Shown here: in pieces, positions 9,081 through 18,560 of the stretch
Position numbering within the stretch: position 1 is the first letter of the stretch
Layout: each line of letters begins with the position of its first letter
Assembly: GCA_964573295.1 (NCBI GenBank)
Contig: CAZNJE010000025.1
Span: 1 to 61,995, forward strand
Source: an uncultured bacterium
GTDB lineage: Bacteria; Eisenbacteria; RBG-16-71-46; CAIMUX01; WJJG01
Reading direction: 5' to 3'
DNA: 61,995 nucleotides
Position numbers and translations under genes: made by a program
The notes under the pieces: generated by a model
Told to the model about the DNA's origin: nothing
Databases searched by the model: none
Seen by the model: only the letters and a program-made list of their open reading frames with translations

Positions 9081-9664
9081 CAGGGGGCGTAGCCGCGGCC
9101 TTCCTCCTGCGGCGCATTCTCGGCCGCCAGCGCGCGGGCGATGGCCGCCCTGACACTGATCTTCCGTATCCTCCGGGCTGAGCCGGCGTTTGAGATGAGG
9201 CCAGAATGCCTGGCTCGTGGCGCGCGTAGGCCGATGGCCGGACCGACATGCCTTTGTCTCTTTCCATGCCCGGCCCCTTCGCCTTTCCCCACGCCCAACT
9301 CCTTATGTCTGACCCGCCGGGACTGGACTGTGATTGCCGACCGGTTTCATGGGGTAAGATCGTGATGGGGAATAGGTTACAAGTTTAGGAGCGGCTTGGG
9401 ATCGTGGTCCAGAGCGGAACCAGAGCGGATCCAAAGCGGGCTCAGGAGCGGCTCAGTGGCGGGCCAGACCGGATCAGGAAGGGGTTCTGGTGCTGAGTGT
9501 GTGGTTCGTATTCCACGGATTCCGGCCCCAATCAGAATCAGAGGGGCAACTCCTAGAAGACAAACGATTCACAAGTCTGTGTCCTTGTCGAGGGGATGGG
9601 TGCAATCGGCCTTCGCGCCAATGGGTCTTTGCATTCCGGGTTCGTTTCCAGGGTCTTCGGGACC

Positions 9665-10132
9665 TCACTCGGTGGACGTGGCGGATTCGTCTGAATCGAT
9701 GCTCAGGATCCGCCAGCTACCCTTGCGATCACGGACGCTCCGCGGGGCCCGGTCATAGCACAGCACGGCCGTGGCGCCCGAGTCCAACCGAACCTGGAAG
9801 TACTGGCGCCCAACGCCCCAGGAACCCCTGCGCTGCGCGGTGGCAGTGTGTTCGGGGCGCATGTTGTGGGCCATCCGCCCCCGGCGACGGTAGTCGCGCC
9901 ACTCGCTCTCGAGCGCGGTGATGCGGAAGAGGCGTTCTCTCCAGGTGAAGGCGTTGGGACAGCTGGGTTTCTTCTCGAGCTCTGGCGGATGCTCGAAGTG
10001 CACGGCGATCGGCTCGAAGATGAAATCGGCCGACGATTGCCCGTCATCGAATGGAGGGCCCGAACGGGGGGCCCGCTCGCACGAGTTCCCAGGATCGGGG
10101 GCTCGGGGCGAGTGTCGGTCTTCGGCAAACAT
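9665..10132 (-). CDS. DUF6504-like protein
   Basis: EPIAV..P.AFTWR....I....EW and YFQVRLDSG...L.YDR pattern. Start uncertain. Confidence 0.65.
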   Translation of the reverse strand: MFAEDRHSPRAPDPGNSCERAPRSGPPFDDGQSSADFIFEPIAVHFEHPPELEKKPSCPNAFTWRERLFRITALESEWRDYRRRGRMAHNMRPEHTATAQRRGSWGVGRQYFQVRLDSGATAVLCYDRAPRSVRDRKGSWRILSIDSDESATSTE

Positions 10133-10225
10133 GAGGTTGATCCTGTTTCAGCGCGTCGGCCGCCTCCCAGTCCAACCTCCGGGGTGCACCAGCGGGCGAG
10201 AGGGGATTCGCGCGCATTATGGGAT

Positions 10226-10801
10226 TCAGCGTTCGTCCGGCTTTTCCGGTTCGTCGGGCTTTTCCGGTTCGCCCGGCTCCTCCGGTTCGTCCGAGTTCCC
10301 TGAGTTCTCCGAGTTCTCCGAGGCCTCTGAGGCCTCCGAGGCCTCCGAGCCCTCCGAGTCCTCCACGGACTGGGGTACAATCTCGAACTCCGGTTCTTCT
10401 TCCACCCCCGCACCTTCCGGCAGCGTGTAGAGCGCACAAACAGCTCCGGCGGGATCGCGGATCACACAAAAACGCCCGCCTCCCATGGGGCGCGGTCCAT
10501 CGAGCACCGTCCCGCCCTGCTGGCGGCAGCGCTCGGCGGCAGCGTCGCAGTCATCGACCGTGATGTAGATGAGCCACTGAGCCGGCAGGTTGGCGTTAGG
10601 GCCAGTGGCATGGCAGATGCCGGCGACCGGATGCGTACCGGCGGCCGGGACCATGCCGTAATCCTCGTAGCCGTCCATCGGGACCTCCTGAGGGATCCAG
10701 CCCACAACCTCCCCATAGAAATCGCGGATGGCCTCGGCTCGAGGAACTGTGAGATCGCACCAGAGTATGGTACCGGCGTCCAGAGGTTGGGTCGAGTTCA
10801 T
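10226..10801 (-). CDS. VOC family protein with acidic repeat tail
   Basis: WCDLTV, DFYGEVVGW, WLIYITVDD, IRDPAGA. The C-terminal (EAS)n(ENS)n(EPEKPD)n tail comes from 9/18-bp repeats at ~10235-10365. Confidence 0.88.
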   Translation of the reverse strand: MNSTQPLDAGTILWCDLTVPRAEAIRDFYGEVVGWIPQEVPMDGYEDYGMVPAAGTHPVAGICHATGPNANLPAQWLIYITVDDCDAAAERCRQQGGTVLDGPRPMGGGRFCVIRDPAGAVCALYTLPEGAGVEEEPEFEIVPQSVEDSEGSEASEASEASENSENSGNSDEPEEPGEPEKPDEPEKPDER

Positions 10802-10967
10802 GGAAGACTCCTAGCCCGTGAAGAAGATGGACGATCACCCTACCGACGGCACCATCATCGCTGGAGTTGCCGCCGGTTGCAATGCTGACGCAAGAAACCT
10901 ACGATAAGCACGATGCGTACATCAGTACATTAGCCCTGCAAGGCGAACCTGGTTAGGCACCGGAAGG

Positions 10968-12983
10968 ATGATGATGGCCGGGAAATACACTACAGTTGCA
11001 TCTACACCCGAGTGCAGGGCTACAGGACGGCAATCCGCTGGACGCAGGTTGGTCGCGCACAGGTCGGTAGCACGCCGGGCGGCCTGGCGCCGGGCGACCA
11101 GGTCCCGGGCGACTAGGTCCCGGGCGACTAGGTACCGAGCGACTGGGTACCGGGTGATGGGCGGGTTGCTCCTGGCGGCACTCCTCGCGTTGGCCGGCTG
11201 CGGCGGAAGCGGCCCGGCTGGCGATGGCCACCTCGCCGTCTTGATCATCGTCGATACCTTGCGAGCGGATCATCTGGGGTGCTACGGGTGCTACTCGATC
11301 GAGACACCCCACATTGATGAACTGGCATCGAAGGGCGTTCTCTTCGAGCGGGCGACCACTGCCGTTCCAGTCACGCTGCCCAGCATCAGCACCATCATGA
11401 CCGGCGCCTATCCTCACCAACACGGCATCCGCGACAACGGCCCGTTTCGACTGGCACCCTCCTGGTCGACGCTGGCCGAGCGCTTCTCCGCCGCGGGATT
11501 TCGCACCGCGGCCTTCGTTTCGGCAGCGGTCATCGCCAGCCAGCACGGGCTGGATCAGGGTTTCGCCATCTACGACGATGACATGTCTGGCCCCTACGCT
11601 GTCTATGACCCCGAGCTGAAGCCGTTCGCGGATTCGGTCGTGGGCATTGAACGGAGGGCCAACCGCACGGTAGACCGAGCCCTCGAGTGGGTTCGCGATC
11701 AGGCCGGCCGCGACGTCTTCTTGCTCGTTCATCTGTTCGATCCACACATCCCACAGGATCCGCCACCGCCCTACGACCGCCGGTACGACAACGCCTACGA
11801 CGGCGAGATCGCCTTCACTGACGCCCAGATCGGCCGCCTCCTTGCCGGTTTGGAGAGAGGGTGGCGTGCTGACCATCGTCTGGTGGCGTTCATGAGCGAT
11901 CACGGCGAAGGCTTGGGAGATCATGGGGAGGAACTCCACGGTTTCTTGCTGTTTGAGGAGACCATGCGCGTACCGCTCATTCTGACCGGATTCGCCCGGC
12001 CCGATGGCACGAACCGCGCCCAAAGCGTCCCTTTGCCAGCGGGGCAGCGACGCGGGGATCTGGCACGGACAATCGACGTCGCGCCCACCCTGTGTCATCT
12101 GATGGGACTCGAGGCCATCCCCCAGAGCGCCGGCGTTCCGTTGCTGTCATTCGGATCGCGGCAGGAGGATCCGATCCCAGCGCCCACAGCGGCCTATATC
12201 GAGACGTTCCGACCCCGCCTGTCGTACAACTGGAGCGAGCTGCGAGGTGTGCGTACCAAGGACTGGAAGTACGTCGCCGGTCCATGGGACGCCTTGTACA
12301 ATCTGGACACAGATCCCGGTGAGACGGCCAACGTCGTAAATGAGCAACCCGGGGTGCGGGATTCAATGCGCGTGCTCATGAATGCAACGGCGTTCGAGGT
12401 TCTCGATCGTGGAGCGACCCAGGCCGAAACGATCTCGCTTTCAGCCGAACAACATGAACGTTTGCAGAGCCTGGGGTACCTGACCGCAACGCCGTCCGCA
12501 CTGCCCAAGGCGATGCCTGAGGCGCGGGCCGGCTTGCGAGGGGGGGCGCGGGTGGCCCCGCCGGCCGCTTCGGAGAGGGCCTCGCGGGTGGCCCCGCAGA
12601 CGCCCTCTCCGGCGGACTCTCAGGCGGTGTGGTTCTTCCCCCGCGATGAACGCGGCATCGTCCTGGGGCTTCCTCATCCGGCCGATGAAGTGGAGATGTA
12701 CAATCGAGATCTCAAAGTCAAATCACGCTATCGGCAGGGCCGGCTAGCGCTAGAGGCCGGCGATCTGGAACAGGCCGAATTCGCATTCAAGCGGGCACTC
12801 GAAGAGGACTGGGGGCATGCCGATTCGTGGTTGGGTCTGGCCGAGACATACAAACGCGCCGGAGACCATACTCGCCTGCTCAATGTCCTGCGCGAGGGTC
12901 ATCGGACATGTCCCAGCAATGAGCGGATCAACGAGCGGCTCGATGCGGTTCTTGACGTGATAAACTCTGGCAGAAAGTCATAG
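10968..12983 (+). CDS. sulfatase-like hydrolase lipoprotein with C-terminal TPR
   Basis: DTLRADHLG, TLPSISTIMTG, HLFDPH, SDHGEG, HG, LQSLGY and TPR helices. Lipobox LAGC. True start lies between 10968 and 11157. Confidence 0.85.
   Translation: MMMAGKYTTVASTPECRATGRQSAGRRLVAHRSVARRAAWRRATRSRATRSRATRYRATGYRVMGGLLLAALLALAGCGGSGPAGDGHLAVLIIVDTLRADHLGCYGCYSIETPHIDELASKGVLFERATTAVPVTLPSISTIMTGAYPHQHGIRDNGPFRLAPSWSTLAERFSAAGFRTAAFVSAAVIASQHGLDQGFAIYDDDMSGPYAVYDPELKPFADSVVGIERRANRTVDRALEWVRDQAGRDVFLLVHLFDPHIPQDPPPPYDRRYDNAYDGEIAFTDAQIGRLLAGLERGWRADHRLVAFMSDHGEGLGDHGEELHGFLLFEETMRVPLILTGFARPDGTNRAQSVPLPAGQRRGDLARTIDVAPTLCHLMGLEAIPQSAGVPLLSFGSRQEDPIPAPTAAYIETFRPRLSYNWSELRGVRTKDWKYVAGPWDALYNLDTDPGETANVVNEQPGVRDSMRVLMNATAFEVLDRGATQAETISLSAEQHERLQSLGYLTATPSALPKAMPEARAGLRGGARVAPPAASERASRVAPQTPSPADSQAVWFFPRDERGIVLGLPHPADEVEMYNRDLKVKSRYRQGRLALEAGDLEQAEFAFKRALEEDWGHADSWLGLAETYKRAGDHTRLLNVLREGHRTCPSNERINERLDAVLDVINSGRKS
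11075..11154. repeat. 15-bp tandem repeat x5 (encodes RATRS/RATRY)
   Basis: CCGGGCGACTAGGTC-like units directly before the signal-peptide h-region. Confidence 0.85.
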
Positions 12984-13166
12984 ACACAGAAGCAGACGGC
13001 CGATGCCCGACTGAATACCACCGACAACCCTGCCTTCGGGATCATCCCATCGGGCTCATCCCAGGACCAGCTTGGCCGTCTCTCGGACCGACCCGCACTC
13101 GGGGATGAGTTCGGCAGAAGGGGTCTCCGCCGAGCCAAGTCTGCTAAAAGATTCTGCCGGAAAGCG

Positions 13167-14237
13167 TTACGGTTCGATGACGACCTTTCCTGGGGCCGAG
13201 TCGTCTACGACGCCCACGATGGTGGCGGACGAGACCCCCGCCTCCTGAAGAGCGTGGAGTAGTGGCTCGCCATCGCGCTCGGCCACGGCGATTAGCAACC
13301 CGCCGGATGTCTGCGGATCGTAGAGGAGATCCGAGATCTCGAGCGGTACTCCCTCTTCTACGATCGTCGCCGGCGTACAGTAGTCGCGATTGCGGTGCAG
13401 TCCCGCCGGAAGCAGCCCCATGGCGGCGTACTCGGTAGCCGAGGCGAAGTACGGCAAACGTGCGGCACTCAAGCGAGCCGAGACCGTCAAGCCGGCCACC
13501 ATCTCACCGATATGGCCGACCAGGCCGAATCCGGTGATATCGGTGCACGCATGGACCTCATAGCGCGCCATCACCTCGGCCGCCGTGCGGTTGAGTGTGG
13601 CCATCGAAGCGATGATCTCGGTGATGGCTGCCTCGCTCGCCAGCTCTCCCTTGATCGCCGTGTTGACGATGCCGGTCCCCAGCGGCTTGGTCAGGATCAG
13701 GCGGTCTCCCGAGCGGGCGCCCTGGTTTGTGATCACGCGGTCGGGATGCACGATGCCGGTGACGCTGAGCCCATACTTGAGTTCGGGGTCCTCGACGGTG
13801 TGACCGCCGGCCAAGGCCGCGCCGGACTCCCGGAGTTTCTCCAAGCCGCCGCGCAGGATTTCATGCAGGACCCCGATGTCCATCGTCTGGGCGGGGAACC
13901 CGGCGATGTTCATCGCGCACAAGGGCCGCCCTCCCATGGCATAGACGTCGCTCAGAGCATTGGCTGCCGCGATCTGGCCGAACATGAACGGGTCGTCGAC
14001 GATGGGGGTGAAGAAGTCCACCGTCTGGATCAATGCGATGTCGTCACTGATCTTGTACACACCCGCGTCGTCAGCCTTGTCGAATCCGACGATCAGATTC
14101 GGGTCGTCAATCAGTTCCAGACCGCAAAGCGCTCGGGCCAGGTCCCCCGGCCCCAGTTTTGACGCTCACCCAGAGCCGCTCACCGTTTGGGTGAGCGGCA
14201 GCGGCCGGTTGCCCGTCGTCATGTCGTGTGCATCCAT
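13167..14237 (-). CDS. selD: selenide, water dikinase SelD, selenocysteine-containing
   Basis: Reading through the TGA at 14168-14166 gives LTQTVSGSG-U-ASKLGPGDL...DDAGVY..QTVDFFTP..GGHT..DITGFGL..DPQTSGGLL. RBS AGAGGT before ATG 14237. Confidence 0.95.
14135..14153 (-). promoter_or_regulatory. bacterial SECIS-like hairpin of selD
   Basis: GGGCCGGG-GGA-CCTGGCCC, starting 12 nt after the UGA, with G in the apical loop. Confidence 0.75.
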
Positions 14238-14325
14238 TGATACCTCTGATCCTTCGTTCGGCCGGTGCGTGAGATGGTCTAATCCGGGCTAAGCACTGGC
14301 CGGTCGTTGTCCGGCGGTCAAAGAT

Positions 14326-14592
14326 CTAGTCGCCGACCGCTTCGTAAGCGCCGCGGAACTCGTGATAGACACCACGCAGCCGAATCGGCCGACCGGCGAG
14401 CAGAGCGCGAATGGTCGGCCAATCGGCACTCCCAATCCGCAACGCCATGCCGCAATCTGAGCTGAGCTGCCGCGGCGTTGGAATCATGTCGCACCACGGG
14501 CCTGCCTGCTGGATCGCCGCTTCAGCGGCCATCACATCGTGGATCGAGGCCAGAATCAAGACATAGAACCCTTGATGCTCCACTCTGCTCAT
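14326..14592 (-). CDS. DUF3343 putative Se/S carrier protein
   Basis: SIHDVMAAE...IPTPRQLSSDCGMAL motif, located in the selD cluster. Confidence 0.85.
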   Translation of the reverse strand: MSRVEHQGFYVLILASIHDVMAAEAAIQQAGPWCDMIPTPRQLSSDCGMALRIGSADWPTIRALLAGRPIRLRGVYHEFRGAYEAVGD

Positions 14593-14666
14593 CTCCGTCC
14601 GAGGGGTCGTAAGCCTGACCGTGTTTCGCTCGGGCCCTCTTTGGATCTACCGAATTGGGTCAATCC

Positions 14667-15842
14667 CTACGGATTGGGTGAAGCCGCGCCCTTGGCGAGG
14701 CTCGACACAGCTTCGATCACCGCCTCGATGTCAGTGTCCCGATTCATGATTCCCGCCGAGATCCGAACGCACCCCTCGGGAAATGTTCCGAGCGTGCGAT
14801 GAGCTTGCGGGCTGCAATGCAGACCGCTGCGCGTCATGATCCCGAACTCGCGATCCAACCGATAGGCCAGCTCACTGGGCGGCATGTTGACCACATTGAT
14901 CGCAACCACCGGCAGTGCGGGCGTTTCTCTGGATGGGCCATAAAGTGTCACCCCCGGCTGATTCACGAGGCCGTCCCACAGGCGATACCGTAACGCAAGC
15001 TCGTGGCGCCGCACCTCCTCCAGCCCGATGGCGTTCAAGTGCGAGATTCCCGCTCCCAGCCCCGCCAAGCCCGGTGCGTTGAGTGTTCCCCCTTCGTAAC
15101 GGTCTGGCAGCTCGAATGGCTGGACGTCTGACTCCGACGCCGACCCTGTCCCACCGTAGACCAGGGGACGGATCTCGAGTCCCGCCCGGATGTACAACCC
15201 TCCCGTGCCCTGGGGTCCCAGAAGTCCTTTGTGCCCCGTAAAGGAGAAGAGGTCAATGCGTTCGCGCTCCAGATCGATCGGCAGAACCCCGGCCGTTTGC
15301 GCCCCGTCGACCAGTAGGGTGGCATCGCCGGTCGCGGCACGGATCTCACCGAGCGGCGCGATCGTGCCGGTGACGTTCGAGGCATGATTGACGATGACGA
15401 GCCGAGTGCGGCCGGTCATGGCGTCCGCAAATGCCTGTGGGTCGAGAACACCGGCCGCGTCGGCCGGGACGATCGTGACATCGAGTTCCAGCTCCTCTTG
15501 GAGCGCGCGCAATGGGCGCATGACCGCATTGTGTTCGTACGAGGTGATGACAACGTGGTCCCGGCGAAGGAGGTGGCCGCGCAGCGCGAGGTTGATGGCT
15601 GCGGTGGCGTTGGACGTGAAGATGATCTGCCGCGGATCGGTGACGCCGAAAAGGCGTGCGAGCGATGTCCGCGTGGCGAAAACCGACCGTGCGGCCTCGG
15701 CCGCCAAGCGGTGCCCCGAACGACCAGGATTGGCGTTGCGAGTGCGCAGGTGCTCGCAGATGGCATCGATGACCACATCCGGCTTCGGAAAGGAGGTGGC
15801 GGCTTGATCGAGGTAGTGCATGACAGAACCGAATCCGCTCAT
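14667..15842 (-). CDS. cysteine desulfurase/selenocysteine lyase family (class V PLP) protein
   Basis: YLDQAATSFPKP, EHNAV, HASNVTG, DGAQTAG, TGHKGLLGPQG, RSGLHC. Confidence 0.92.
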   Translation of the reverse strand: MSGFGSVMHYLDQAATSFPKPDVVIDAICEHLRTRNANPGRSGHRLAAEAARSVFATRTSLARLFGVTDPRQIIFTSNATAAINLALRGHLLRRDHVVITSYEHNAVMRPLRALQEELELDVTIVPADAAGVLDPQAFADAMTGRTRLVIVNHASNVTGTIAPLGEIRAATGDATLLVDGAQTAGVLPIDLERERIDLFSFTGHKGLLGPQGTGGLYIRAGLEIRPLVYGGTGSASESDVQPFELPDRYEGGTLNAPGLAGLGAGISHLNAIGLEEVRRHELALRYRLWDGLVNQPGVTLYGPSRETPALPVVAINVVNMPPSELAYRLDREFGIMTRSGLHCSPQAHRTLGTFPEGCVRISAGIMNRDTDIEAVIEAVSSLAKGAASPNP

Positions 15843-16438
15843 GGCCGGATGACGCGGTCAGCCGACGATAGATGGGACACGACTTCGAACATGTTCGTCA
15901 CCTTGCCGACGGCCAGATTTTCCTTAAGGTCGAAGAAGTCCAGGCATGTGCCGCAGGAGAAGATCTCCATCCCCCCCTCTTCGAGCTCTCGAATGTCCTG
16001 AATGAGTGGCGATCCTTCGGTGGTCAGGCGCACCCCGGCATTGATGAAGAAGGTTGCCTCCGGAATGGGGACGACCTCTTTGAGTGTCTTCACGAACGCG
16101 CGCATCAGAACGCGCCCCAGTTCGTCGTCCCCCTCGCCGAATCGGTCGCTGGAGACGAGCACCATGTTTCGCGACGCCGGTCGGCACGCTAAGGGCGCCA
16201 GATCTTCCTCCGCAACAGGAGCGACATCGATCACGAGTTGGATTTCATCTTCCCCGCGTTTGTCGATTCGCGCCACGTGGCCCAGGCTGTGGACCATCCG
16301 GGTAACATTCTCGCACGAGGCCATGTTGTCCACCAGCACGCGCAATCGTGTGGCGCCCCCAGCTTCCAGCTCATTGCGAGTTAGCAGGACCGGTTTGGGG
16401 CATGCGAGCCCGCGAGCGTCGATCGTCTTCTCTTCCAC
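15839..16438 (-). CDS. yedF: selenium metabolism protein YedF (TusA + DsrE-like)
   Basis: IDARGLACPKPV, FGEGDDELG, SCGTCLDFF, GKVTNM. GTG start with AAGGAG RBS. Confidence 0.9.
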   Translation of the reverse strand: MEEKTIDARGLACPKPVLLTRNELEAGGATRLRVLVDNMASCENVTRMVHSLGHVARIDKRGEDEIQLVIDVAPVAEEDLAPLACRPASRNMVLVSSDRFGEGDDELGRVLMRAFVKTLKEVVPIPEATFFINAGVRLTTEGSPLIQDIRELEEGGMEIFSCGTCLDFFDLKENLAVGKVTNMFEVVSHLSSADRVIRP

Positions 16439-16598
16439 GGCCAGCTCCTTTCGTTCGCTCGCCCCTCGGGGGGGGGAGCGGGCCCGCCTTGGGCATCGTG
16501 CAAGCGACACCACTCCGATCATGCGATGGATGAATCTTATCAGCTTCACCATCATGGGGGTAGAAACTGAGGCCGAGATCACGCATCCGGTCAAGAAC

Positions 16599-16720
16599 CA
16601 AGTCGGGCCAGAGGGAGGATCGGGCCAAGGGCAAGTCGGGCCAGAGGGAGGATCGGGCCAAGGGCAAGCCGGGCCCAAGGGAGAATCGGGCCAGGATCAG
16701 GCCGGGCCCAAGGCAGGAGC
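16599..16720. repeat. 33-bp tandem repeat x3.5
   Basis: CAAGTCGGGCCAGAGGGAGGATCGGGCCAAGGG at 16599 and 16632, degenerate copies at 16665 and 16698. Confidence 0.88.
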
Positions 16721-16881
16721 CGGCTTGTCGCGGACGATCGAAACGGGCGGACCGGTAGGTCCGCCCGCTCCTGTGCGCTTCGAGAGTCGTGCTCTTGGCT
16801 TGACGATCGTGTTGCCGACCGTCTGGCCGGCCCGACGGCCGACAGTTTGGCCGCCTGTCTGGCCGACGATCGCGCCGATCG

Positions 16882-17586
16882 CTACGGCTTCCAGTGCTCC
16901 CAAACCTTGCCGACCAGGGCTGGGCCGGGGGTCAGTGTCTTCCCGCCGGGTTCCCACCCGGACGGGGTCACTTCGCCGGTCGTGGCCACGTGCTGGAAAG
17001 CCTTGACTTGGCGGATGAGCTCCTGAGGATTGCGGCCGACCTCGGGTGTCAGTACTTCGCTGGCACGAATGACGAAGTCGGGATCGATGATGAACCGGCC
17101 GCGGATATCCACACCGGCTTCCTCGTCGTAGACCCCGTAGAGCTGTCCGATCAAGCCACCGGCGTCCGAGAGCATCGGAAAGGGAACTCCGCCATCGACC
17201 ATTTTGGACAGCTCTTCAGCCTGCCAGATCTGATGGACGAACCGGCTGTCGACGCTCATTGCCAGAACCTCGACGCCCAGATCCTTGAATTCCTTGTGAA
17301 GGGCGGCGACCGCCGCCAACTCGGTGGGTCAAACGAAGGTGAAGTCGCCCGGATAGAAGCAAAGTACGATCCACTTGCCCCTGTAGTTCGAGAGGCGAAT
17401 GGGCTTGAAGCCTTCGCCCTGGACGTAGGCATGGGCCTCGAAATCGGGCGCCGGACGTCCGACGCGCGCCTGGACTTGCATACGGGATTCCTCCTTCCCC
17501 TTCTCGGGGGCTGGCGTAGCTGACGGCGTGTTGTCGAGGATCGGTCCTCGCGCAGGCTGCACACATCCGTCCTTGGGTTCTGGCAT
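16882..17586 (-). CDS. prxU: selenocysteine-containing peroxiredoxin (AhpC/PrxU type)
   Basis: Two ORF-track halves join in frame across TGA 17331-17329: [16 protein letters not shown], placing Sec at the peroxidatic Cys position. [12 protein letters not shown] and VGRN are present. GGAGG RBS. Confidence 0.93.
17302..17317 (-). promoter_or_regulatory. bacterial SECIS-like hairpin of prxU
   Basis: GGCGGC-GGTC-GCCGCC, starting 11 nt after the UGA. Confidence 0.75.
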
Positions 17587-17639
17587 GCTTGCCTCCTTCC
17601 TTTGTCCGTCTATCGTCGCCGCCTGCGGCCTCGAAGCGA

Positions 17640-18464
17640 CTATTTCCGCGGGCGGTAGTATTGACGGGCCTCATCCTGGACCTCGCGAAGCTTCGCGATG
17701 CGGTTCTCGTCCGAAGGGTGTGTGCTCAAGAACTCCGGTGGAGAACCTCCCCCGTGAGCCTGTGACATGCGGGTCCAGAACGCGGGTGCGGCTGCCGGTT
17801 CATATCCGGCCATGGCCATGAAGATCGTTCCCAACCGGTCGGCCTCGTACTCGTGAAGACGGCTGTACGGCAGAATGCCGAACACTTGCGATCCCACCCC
17901 GAAGGCGGTCAAGGCCAAGGCCTGCGTTTCTTCGGGCTTACTCTCCAGTGCTTTTGACAGGGCCAGCCCCCCCATCTGGACCACGAGCTGCTGGCTCATG
18001 CGCTCGTTGCCGTGCTGGGCGACGATGTGCGCGATTTCGTGGCCCATCACGACCGCCAGGCCCTCTTCGTCCTGGGTGTAAGGGAGGATGCCTGCGTAGA
18101 AGACGATCTTGCCGCCGGGCATGGCCCAGGCATTGACCTGATCGCTGTCGATCAGATTGAACTCCCAGGTGTAGTCTTCGAGCTCGGATCCAAGATCCCG
18201 CTCTTCAAAGTACTCCTCGACCGCAGCACGGATGCGCATACCAACGCGCTTGACCATCTGGGATTCGGCGGTGCCGGTGATGACCGGGTTCGAATTGAGA
18301 AACTCCGAGTACTGCTGGGTGCTCATCGACAGCAACGTCGATGATGGGATCAGGCTGAACTGTTTGCGGCCGGTGATCGGGACCGTAGTACAAGAGAGGA
18401 TGACAAGCGCGAGAAGAAGCATCGTGCCTAACGAGAGACCCCGACGAGTCCTAGTGCGAAACAT
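17640..18464 (-). CDS. M48 family metallopeptidase lipoprotein
   Basis: Lipobox [38 protein letters not shown] before ATG 18464. Confidence 0.92.
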   Translation of the reverse strand: MFRTRTRRGLSLGTMLLLALVILSCTTVPITGRKQFSLIPSSTLLSMSTQQYSEFLNSNPVITGTAESQMVKRVGMRIRAAVEEYFEERDLGSELEDYTWEFNLIDSDQVNAWAMPGGKIVFYAGILPYTQDEEGLAVVMGHEIAHIVAQHGNERMSQQLVVQMGGLALSKALESKPEETQALALTAFGVGSQVFGILPYSRLHEYEADRLGTIFMAMAGYEPAAAPAFWTRMSQAHGGGSPPEFLSTHPSDENRIAKLREVQDEARQYYRPRK

Positions 18465-18560
18465 GAAGATCTCCTTATCTGATAAGCTCATTGCCTGACA
18501 AGCTCATTCGGCTGCGGGTCTGTTGCTGGCGAGTTCGCCCTCAGCCTTCTGCGGACGCAC

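Noticed and set aside
16882-17586. prxU and selD as nonsense pseudogenes
   Set aside because: Both TGAs fall exactly on the catalytic Cys position, are followed by SECIS-like hairpins, and lie in a selenium cluster.
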